Shown piece after piece: positions 49,913 through 57,514 of a DNA stretch of 64,000 nucleotides. Each line of letters begins with the position of its first letter. The first letter of the stretch is position 1. The position numbers were made by a program, and so were the translations under genes. Origin of the DNA: an uncultured delta proteobacterium (lineage in GTDB: Bacteria > Desulfobacterota > Desulfobacteria > Desulfobacterales > JAHEIW01); assembly GCA_963706575.1 (NCBI GenBank), contig CAVPNL010000001.1:128001-192000 (forward strand), written 5' to 3'. The notes under the pieces are model-generated. The model was not told the origin of the DNA, searched no databases, and was given only the letters and a program-made list of their open reading frames with translations.

Positions 49913-50620
49913 ATGAGTGAAGTCACGCAACTGGATAAAACTTTCCACATCATCATGAAGCGTATGGTGGAGACGGGGCAGGCACCGTACTATACGGAAA
50001 TAGCAAAAGAACTCGGTGTGTCAATGGAGGAGGGGAGAAAGGCGTTGCATGATCTTTTCTCTGCCAGAATTTACGGATGGCTGTATCCCAATACGGATTT
50101 CATTACATCTTTCGCACCGTTCAACAATTTGCCTACTCAATTTCGGATTACCATCGATGGTGAGCAAAAGTGGTTTGGCCAGTGAGCGTTTGAGTCGCTG
50201 GCAGTCTGCTGGCTTTTTCCGGGAAAAGTGGTTCAAATCGACACACCGTGTCTGGACTGCGGTGAACCCATGCAGATTCAAATCAAAGACGGCGAGCTGC
50301 TCAAGGTTGATCCGCAAGGCCTGATCTCATACGTTGCCGTTCCACTGAAGGAGTGGTTCCGCGATGAGGCCTATTCCTGAGCGACCATGACATTCTTCCG
50401 GTCGGAAGAGCATCTGCACAACTGGGCCCAATTTGATCCTGCAACAGAGGAAGGAATCATCCCGCTAAATGATCTGATCAAACTCTTTTCGGGCAGAATA
50501 ACCCGTCGGCGCTTGGATCCTGACTATTTTTCACACATGCGCGAATATGTCGCTGATTTTATGGTAACTCTTCAGGAAATTGGTAAGACAGGACCGTTCT
50601 GGTCGATAGAGCGCTCCTAA
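49913..50620 (+). CDS. MerB (organomercurial lyase)-like protein with two predicted selenocysteines, 235 aa
   Basis: Single frame interrupted only by TGA at 50183 (WFGQ-U-AFESL) and 50378 (EAYS-U-ATMTFFRS); HTH-like N-terminus, APF..PT, and PCLDCGEP; a SECIS-like hairpin follows each TGA. Confidence 0.85.
50197..50213 (+). promoter_or_regulatory. Candidate bacterial SECIS for UGA 50183
   Basis: GCUGGCA-GUC-UGCUGGC stem (with G-U pairs) starting 11 nt after the UGA; G in the apical loop. Confidence 0.6.
50394..50409 (+). promoter_or_regulatory. Candidate bacterial SECIS for UGA 50378
   Basis: UCUUCC-GGUC-GGAAGA hairpin; loop starts 20 nt after the UGA. Confidence 0.7.
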
Positions 50621-50747
50621 TTAGCACCCAATTTAGGTCGACTGAATCCGGTTAGGATATTAGATGCGGGGTCAGTCTGAAAAACTGTGATACAGCTTCA
50701 ACTAATCAAAGATTTTTGAGGCCATTAAAATGTTGTGATATTTTGGT

Positions 50748-50783
50748 ATATCACAAGTTTCCTGGTTTGGTGATACTCTCAAT
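50748..50783 (+). repeat. 36-bp intergenic motif, copy 4
   Basis: ATATCACAAGTTTCCTGGTTTGGTGATACTCTCAAT. Confidence 0.8.
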
Positions 50784-50906
50784 AAATCACAGGTCGATGC
50801 CAACGTTGGATACTGGCAAAAATAGTAGGTTTGAACTTGTGAAGCTCGGCCCAAAGGCAACAGTTTCTCTTTCGGTTGTGACAGGAAATAAAGGATAGAA
50901 GCAAAA

Positions 50907-52139
50907 ATGATCGGACAGACAACACGATGGCTCGGCTGCATATACCTGATGTTGTTCTGGATCGGAGCTTGTTCAACCCTGCACCCTGGCTTGGACGATC
51001 AAGGTCTGCCTCAAACCAAGTATATCTACAAGGTGCCCGTGGAAACAGATGACGGATGGGAGACCTCTTCTCTTAATGATGCAGGGATTGATCCGAGAAA
51101 AATCACTGAACTGATGCAGAATATCCTTACTCTGCGGTTTGCAAATGTCCACGGAGTATTGTTGGTTCGCAATGGAAAATTGGTTTTGGAGGAGTACTTT
51201 AACGGATACACATTCAACTTCTCAGGCCCAGGATTCAGGGGTGAACCTGTCGCCTATGGGCGGGACCAACTTCATGTTACGGCTTCAGTCACCAAAAGTG
51301 TCACTTCGGCCCTGTTGGGAATTGCCATCGACCAAGGTTTCATAAGTGATGTGGATGAGAGAATGGCTGCCTTCTTCCCACAATACTCAGATAGAATAGA
51401 TGAAAAAAAATCCAGAATTACCCTGGAGCACTTGCTTACCATGACCTCAGGTCTCGAATGGAACGAAATTGGGCGTTGGTTCAGAGATCCCGAGTTTGAT
51501 CTGGTCAGGCTGTTTGTTGAGCCGGATCCAATCGAATATGTCTTGTCGAAAGATGTTGTTCATGAACCGGGTACATACTGGTATTATAATGGTGGGGGCG
51601 TGAACCTGCTGGGTGAAGTTGTCCGGAAAGCATCAGGACTAAGGATCGACGCTTTTGCTGAGCACTATCTCATGGCGCCCCTTGGGATCAGAAAATATGA
51701 GTGGGACCACATCAATACTGAGATCATTCATGCCTCAGGAAACTTGAAACTCTGCCCAAGGGACATGGCGAAATTCGGGCAATTGTTTCTGAATGGGGGA
51801 ACATGGAAGAATCGCCGGATTATTTCCGAAGCCTGGGTAACCAAATCCACTAAACCGATTATCTCAATTCCTTTGAACTCCTTGAAAAAGGTCATTGCCA
51901 AGGAGTACCTGGCTTGGACGGAAACAATGGGAGATCGCTATGGATATCTGTGGTGGGTGAAGACCTTTTGCGCAGACTTCGGGTGTGCGGAATCCTACTT
52001 AGCTGACGGTTGGGGCGGACAGAAAATTGTCATATTTCCAAGTCTAAATCTCGTAGTCGTATTTACAGGCGGGAACTATGCCACAGCTGAACCGGTTCAT
52101 GAGATGATTTCCCAATATATCCTTCCTGCGGTTCAATAG
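50907..52139 (+). CDS. Serine hydrolase (class C beta-lactamase/NylB-like) lipoprotein
   Basis: Lipobox IGAC; ASVTKS, HLLTMTSGL, YYN and YGYLWW..GWGGQ motifs. Confidence 0.88.
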   Translation: MIGQTTRWLGCIYLMLFWIGACSTLHPGLDDQGLPQTKYIYKVPVETDDGWETSSLNDAGIDPRKITELMQNILTLRFANVHGVLLVRNGKLVLEEYFNGYTFNFSGPGFRGEPVAYGRDQLHVTASVTKSVTSALLGIAIDQGFISDVDERMAAFFPQYSDRIDEKKSRITLEHLLTMTSGLEWNEIGRWFRDPEFDLVRLFVEPDPIEYVLSKDVVHEPGTYWYYNGGGVNLLGEVVRKASGLRIDAFAEHYLMAPLGIRKYEWDHINTEIIHASGNLKLCPRDMAKFGQLFLNGGTWKNRRIISEAWVTKSTKPIISIPLNSLKKVIAKEYLAWTETMGDRYGYLWWVKTFCADFGCAESYLADGWGGQKIVIFPSLNLVVVFTGGNYATAEPVHEMISQYILPAVQ

Positions 52140-52204
52140 TACCCAAAAAGCAATTTTGGGATTTCCCTTTATGCTCTTTAAAAAAAAATTAGGGAGAATA
52201 AGCT

Positions 52205-52567
52205 ATGGAGAAGCCCAGTTTGAGCATTCAAATCGCAGTTAGCTCGTTGGCGGGGCTGATTTTACTTAAAGCCGTATTGTTGGGTTCTCTTTGGGCCCAA
52301 GTCCAACCTCATCCCCCAGCAAGAGTGGGTCCCTTTATTGCAGCGAGCCTTAGCTTGACCGTTGTATCTATTCCACTCGTTTGGTGGCGCAATAAGATAG
52401 GATACACCACCTCGATAATAGTAGGATTACTTGGTCTAATATCATTTGGTCCTCATAAATTTTTTAGCGAATCAGCAGGCCAGATATTTCCAGCTATTAT
52501 AGTAGGCACAGTTCTTTCCGTAGTTTTGATAATCTCCTCTTTAGCGAGTTGGAGAACAAAGAAGTAA
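52205..52567 (+). CDS. Small four-TM membrane protein (probable cassette gene)
   Basis: GGGAG RBS; four hydrophobic segments; followed by an attC-like site. Confidence 0.75.
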   Translation: MEKPSLSIQIAVSSLAGLILLKAVLLGSLWAQVQPHPPARVGPFIAASLSLTVVSIPLVWWRNKIGYTTSIIVGLLGLISFGPHKFFSESAGQIFPAIIVGTVLSVVLIISSLASWRTKK

Positions 52568-52612
52568 AATAAAATTACCTTATTAATTTTCTCTAATAAT
52601 CTATATTTAAAA

Positions 52613-52717
52613 GCATAACAACCAGCTGAAGCTGACAGGAAATAACCTCGTTGTTTTCGTTAAAGGTCGTGCAAGCTTCACATGCACTGGGCATGCAGCT
52701 TAGCCGTGACGTTTCCA
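52613..52717 (+). mobile_element. Integron attC-like site
   Basis: R'' GCATAAC; L'' GCTGAAGCTG pairs with CAGCTTAGC; ends GAC-GTT; TTATGCT at 52169 is complementary to R''. Confidence 0.65.
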
Positions 52718-52733
52718 ACCTGTGATACCTCCA

Positions 52734-54567
52734 GAGACTGTCGAAAAAGGTATCAATTGAAGGTGGTTTTTCTATAAGATCTATAATTTTTTATCCCACT
52801 CAAAGCTCCAAACAATATCCCGCAAATATCGGCTATCCTTGTATTTTTTCGTTTGACAATGTCTAGTCCTATTGCTAGGTATAGATTAGTTTCTGATACA
52901 ACAACCAGGCAAATATGGAGTGGACAAATTAATGGCCAAATTTAAGCGTTATGATTATTCCCAAAAGGTTTTAATCCCGGTTTCATTAGAGGAGCAACTG
53001 GTGCCCGGCAGTTTGGAGTTTGCCATCCATATGCTCATTGAGACGCGCATGGACATGTCGGTATTTGAGGGCAACTACAAAAATGACGAGACAGGCCGCA
53101 GTGCCTATGATCCTAAGATTTTGTTAAAAGTGGTATTGTTGGCTTACGCGCGGGGGCTGATATCCTCGCGGCAAATTGAAAGGGCCTGCTGTGAGAACGT
53201 GACCTTTATGGCGCTGTCTGGCAACCAGCGGCCCGATCACAGTACCATTGCAACTTTTGTATCTTCGATGAAAGATCAGATATTGCCTTTGTTTTGCGAC
53301 ATTTTATTGGTCTGTGAGCAAGAAAACCTATTGGGCGGGACCTTTTTTGCCTTAGACGGGGTAAAGCTACCGGCTAACGCGTCCAAGGAGTGCAGCGGCA
53401 CGATAGCAGAACTAAAAAAGAAAAAGGACAAAATACAACAAAAAGTCAAGCGCCTATTAAAAGATCAGATTGATGCGGATAAAGATGACGATGATGATTT
53501 TCGCACTCCACCCAAAGTCGAGCAGCAAATTGAGAAGCTTAACAAGCAAGCCGATCGCATTGAAAAATGGCTCAAAAAAAATAATGCCAAGATCAGCTCA
53601 AATGGCAGAGAGCTCAAAAGCAATCTAACCGATAATGACTCGGCGTTAATGCTCACCTCCGGCGGCACCATCCAGGGCTACAATGGCCAGGCGCTGGTGG
53701 ATGACAAGCACCAGATTATCGTTCATGGACAAGCCTTTGGCAGCGGACAGGATGCCAAACATCTTGATCCCATGGTTGATGGGGCTAAAGCCAATCTGGA
53801 AAAAATCGGTCAGAGTGCAGATTATTTTAAAGGCAAGATTTTAACTGCTGATACCAATTACCATAATCAAAGCAATTTAAAAAAGTGCCACGATGAACAG
53901 CTTGATGCATATATACCGGATTTAAAATTTCGCAACCGCGATTCACGATTTGCTACCCGGCCAAGGAATAAACCCAAGAAGGGTAAAAAATTTGTATTAG
54001 AAGATTTTAAGCACAACAAAGCTGCCGATCACTATATTTGTCCCAATGGTAAGGTGCTCAAGCTAAACGTAAAGCGCCACACCACAGATCACAATATCTA
54101 CCGCCGCTATATGGCCGATGAAGCCGATTGCAGCCGCTGTTCATTAACGCATCGATGTTTTTATCGCAAAAATACAAAACGTCGTTCACTGGATGTTCCC
54201 ATCGGTGCAGCAAACACCAATTTTTCCAAAGCCATGCAGCACAAAGTTGATAGTGAGAAGGGACGCAAAATATATCCACAGCGCTTTGCCATTGTGGAGC
54301 CGGTTTTTGCCAATATTAAAACCCAAAAGCGCTTGAATCGATTTACGCTAAGAGGCAAGGTCAAAGCTAACATCCAATGGATGCTCTATTGCATGGTGCA
54401 TAATATCGAAAAGATCATGAACTTTGCCACGGCATAAGCGGGATTATCAGCTCCAGGGCATACAAGCGGCATAATAAAACTTACCAGCAGCCCAAAATAC
54501 GACTTTAGAAATGTTTGAAGTTTGGCGCAACAGATGGATGTTTAAAAACAACTTATTCAACAACTTC
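52734..54567 (+). mobile_element. IS1182-family insertion sequence
   Basis: Imperfect terminal IRs GAGACTGTCGAAAAAG / CTTATTCAACAACTTC; flanking CCA direct repeat. Confidence 0.75.
52932..54437 (+). CDS. IS1182 family transposase
   Basis: GRSAYDPKILLK..SSRQIERAC, PDHSTIATF, LDGVK..ANAS, GYNGQ, ADTNY and VEPVFANIK motifs. Confidence 0.93.
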   Translation: MAKFKRYDYSQKVLIPVSLEEQLVPGSLEFAIHMLIETRMDMSVFEGNYKNDETGRSAYDPKILLKVVLLAYARGLISSRQIERACCENVTFMALSGNQRPDHSTIATFVSSMKDQILPLFCDILLVCEQENLLGGTFFALDGVKLPANASKECSGTIAELKKKKDKIQQKVKRLLKDQIDADKDDDDDFRTPPKVEQQIEKLNKQADRIEKWLKKNNAKISSNGRELKSNLTDNDSALMLTSGGTIQGYNGQALVDDKHQIIVHGQAFGSGQDAKHLDPMVDGAKANLEKIGQSADYFKGKILTADTNYHNQSNLKKCHDEQLDAYIPDLKFRNRDSRFATRPRNKPKKGKKFVLEDFKHNKAADHYICPNGKVLKLNVKRHTTDHNIYRRYMADEADCSRCSLTHRCFYRKNTKRRSLDVPIGAANTNFSKAMQHKVDSEKGRKIYPQRFAIVEPVFANIKTQKRLNRFTLRGKVKANIQWMLYCMVHNIEKIMNFATA

Positions 54568-54602
54568 CCAACATATCCACACTTTTGGTAGCCTGAAAAA
54601 CC

Positions 54603-54905
54603 TGTGATACTCGATTTTAATCACAACTCAGAAGGGTGAATCTGAACCTATAGATTTGCCCTTTTTATTGTCTCAAAGTCCCATTTTTCGGGCATGCAAT
54701 TTGACACCCGATTTAAAAATACGATACGGTGCAGATATCCATATCGTATCTGTAAAATTGCGATATTTGTGTTTCTCTCAATATACATGTAGTTTTGGCG
54801 AAGCCGTATTCTGACAAAATAATTTGAGTTTTCGAGAATTTAAATTTTTGTGATTACATCTACGTATCTGCAGTTTGAGGTAATTTGTGATATTTTTTGA
54901 TATCA
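54603..54905 (+). repeat. ~300-bp non-coding direct repeat, copy B
   Basis: Colinear with 48112-48415. Confidence 0.9.
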
Positions 54906-55126
54906 CAGGTCATGAAAAGCATAGTTTTCTGTCTATTATCTCAATAAAGACCAGTCCAGTGATATTTGGTTTTCTGGTATGGTATCCAAACCTGGATTAA
55001 CCTGTCTTGTTGGGTACAGGACTGCATATAATTTCTTTATCGATATCTATGTTATCAAACTATGGCATTGCACCTTTTCGGCTTTTAGCTGTTCAACACT
55101 TCATTCCAACCAAGATGTAGGGTGTT

Positions 55127-55714
55127 ATGAAAAAAAGCGTCGTATTATTAATCACCTTGTTGGTTTTAACGTTTGTGAGTTGTGCTTTGTCGAACAAATA
55201 TATGACCAAGGCAACGCCTCCAGAAGGCCCGACACCTGGTAAGGCATTGGTATTTTTCATGCAACCAAACTATCCCGGCTCTCTTTTCCTCCAATTTAAG
55301 ATTTGGGAAGAATATAAATTAATCGGAATTAGCCGGTTCAAAAGATACTTCTCCTTTGAGTGTGATCCGGGTAAACATTATTTCATATGCATTACACGAT
55401 ACCCACATACGGTGGTGGCTGATCTTGCGGCTAACAAAACGTACTTCATTTTAATTCAGTTAATGTTGGATCCCTGGCCCGGGCATCATAGCATGCAGTT
55501 TATCCCTGTGAAACGCGGGTCTGGATACTGGGATAAAGTTGATAGATACAAACAAAAACTCAAGTATGAAGTGTTTCAACAGGTCGCGGCAAACGAATTG
55601 GAAAGCGAAAGTCGAGAAGAAATAATAACAGAACTCCATGAATTTATCAGCTATGTCAAAACTCCTGAAGGTCAGAGCCGCCAAGAGAGGCTGGAAAAAG
55701 AAGATGGACGTTAG
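55127..55714 (+). CDS. Hypothetical lipoprotein
   Basis: Lipobox FVSC; GKALVFF..CDPGKHYF..LAANKTY. Confidence 0.75.
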   Translation: MKKSVVLLITLLVLTFVSCALSNKYMTKATPPEGPTPGKALVFFMQPNYPGSLFLQFKIWEEYKLIGISRFKRYFSFECDPGKHYFICITRYPHTVVADLAANKTYFILIQLMLDPWPGHHSMQFIPVKRGSGYWDKVDRYKQKLKYEVFQQVAANELESESREEIITELHEFISYVKTPEGQSRQERLEKEDGR

Positions 55715-55883
55715 GATTGATAATAAACGATCCTTCATGCTAGACGGCCAGCATCATTGTTACCGTACCTGTTTTAAGGTGAAACATCAAAATTGTTATT
55801 TAATTTTAAAAAGTGTTGATGTCTCGAACCGATTAAAAATTTGCTAACCACCGAGGTCTTGTATATTTCTGCAATAAACGGAT

Positions 55884-56243
55884 GCTTTGAAAAGTGACGA
55901 TACTGCAGCTAATCGCAGATGAGCCGAAATCGCGATATCTATGATGATATCTGCAAAAAAATGTTCACTAAAAAAGCACTAATACTGTAAACTGATCACA
56001 TGAGAATCATCTTTTAGGTTTATGCCGTTTGGTGGTAAATAAAACTGCCTTTCAAAAGTTGTGTTCACTCCAACTAATCGCAACTGAGCCTAAATTGCAG
56101 ATATCAACTATAAAAACCAAGTATCTTGCATCCTCGTATTCTGAGATACTGTAAACTAATCACAAAAGAGCCATCTTTTAGACCCCTACGATTTATTGGT
56201 AATAAAATTAGCTTTCCAAAAGCTGCGATTACTCCAACATATC
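55884..56243 (+). repeat. Degenerate tandem repeat, period about 164 bp, about 2.2 copies
   Basis: TACTGTAAACT.ATCACA..CATCTTTTAG at 55983 and 56147; CT(G/C)CA.CTAATCGCA..TGAGCC at about 55903 and 56068. Confidence 0.7.
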
Positions 56244-56608
56244 TAAGGTTTTGAATCATCAAAATTCTTGCGATATTCATTTTATATCACAGGTGCAATA
56301 ATCCGCTAATTCCGTTTCTTTTAAAGATTTCATATTATTGGATAGAATCCACACTTCGGCTGAAGTTTAGATGGCGACTATGAATTGAACATCGAAATAA
56401 TTTGTACCTTCCATCAACACACCTAATGAATTTTAACCCTTTCTATATCTTAAAATCGGAACGCATCCTACAACTAGATATCTTGCAAAATAGTGAAAAT
56501 TTGCTTACATTATAGAGTCGGACGTTTCGCGAACAATGGCAAGCGTGCAGCTATGAAGCAGCTTATGTATTGTATCCTAAACAGAATACTTTAGCGTAGG
56601 AGTTAATT

Positions 56609-56875
56609 ATGGCTGGTGGTTGGACCCGTGATGGGGGTGTTCAGGATCAAATAGACGCCAGTGTAGAAGACGCTGTAAAGTTGGCCAGGAGTCGGTTGCC
56701 GGATGGTGAGGGCTCAATCCATTGTGAGGAATGCGAGACGGTTATTCCAGAAGCGCGTCGCAAAGCAATCCCTGGAGTTCGTTTATGCGTCAGCTGCCAG
56801 TCGGAGCGTGAAGAGCGGCAGACAACTCCCACTGGTTTCAATCGGCGCGGCAGCAAAGATAGCCAGTTGAAGTGA
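56609..56875 (+). CDS. DksA/TraR family C4 zinc-finger protein (YbiI-like)
   Basis: MAGGW..DGGVQDQI, CEEC..IPEARR..PGVRLCVSCQ and NRRGSKDSQL motifs. Confidence 0.92.
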   Translation: MAGGWTRDGGVQDQIDASVEDAVKLARSRLPDGEGSIHCEECETVIPEARRKAIPGVRLCVSCQSEREERQTTPTGFNRRGSKDSQLK

Positions 56876-56923
56876 GCAGTTGCTTTTGATTGAGTTTGAT
56901 GAAGACGGACATATGATCGGTTT

Positions 56924-57415
56924 TTAATAAAACGGAAATTTTTCCCAGAATTCCTTTTCGTCGTCCTGCCATTGGGAGCCGAACTTCTTTTCGAAAAAAC
57001 CGCCCATGCGGTCATACCAGCGGCCCCAGGTGCTTTTACCCTGTTCCTTAGCCTCGAAAACATCGTTTAAAAAAGAGGCGATGTTGACCATTTCTTCTTT
57101 GGGAAGATAGGAGGCGGCACCTTCTTTGAAAGATTTGACAATGTTCTCCGGGCTGAGGGCATGCGCGGTCAGCATGACCGCCGTGACACTTTTTTGATTG
57201 GCGATTTCCAGCAACTGATACCCCTCAACGCCCATGATATCCAGAATCGCCATATCGAAATATTCGGTTTCCAGATAGTCTTTGGCAGCTTTAAAATTTG
57301 ATGCTTTAACGGTTTCACACATGGGCAGCAGGTCTTCCAGGGTATCCAGTACATCCAGCTCGTCATCCACCAAAAGAATTCGTTTGCCTTCCAGCAAATC
57401 TTTTGCGGGCGTCAT
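56924..57415 (-). CDS. Single-domain response regulator
   Basis: ILLVDDE, ILDIMG, MLTAH and LPK motifs. Confidence 0.9.
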   Translation of the reverse strand: MTPAKDLLEGKRILLVDDELDVLDTLEDLLPMCETVKASNFKAAKDYLETEYFDMAILDIMGVEGYQLLEIANQKSVTAVMLTAHALSPENIVKSFKEGAASYLPKEEMVNIASFLNDVFEAKEQGKSTWGRWYDRMGGFFEKKFGSQWQDDEKEFWEKFPFY

Positions 57416-57514
57416 CGGGTCTCTCCATTTTTTAAAGGATTATTAGGCATAGATTCCATTACGTATTCTAATGCCTGTTTATTTAAAATCAAGAATAATA
57501 GAAGTCTTGAATCG

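Noticed and set aside
49913..50620. MerB-like gene as a pseudogene with two nonsense mutations
   Set aside because: Both stops are TGA, both fall at catalytic-Cys-equivalent positions and both have SECIS-like hairpins, which is unlikely by chance. It cannot be fully excluded without seeing the sel genes.
46090..50783. CRISPR array suggested by the 36-bp repeats
   Set aside because: Spacing is 0.3-3.3 kb and contains whole genes, the repeats vary internally, and there are no cas genes in the window.
50907..52139. Antibiotic-resistance beta-lactamase
   Set aside because: SxxK serine hydrolase of the broad esterase/amidase type; nothing specific to AmpC.
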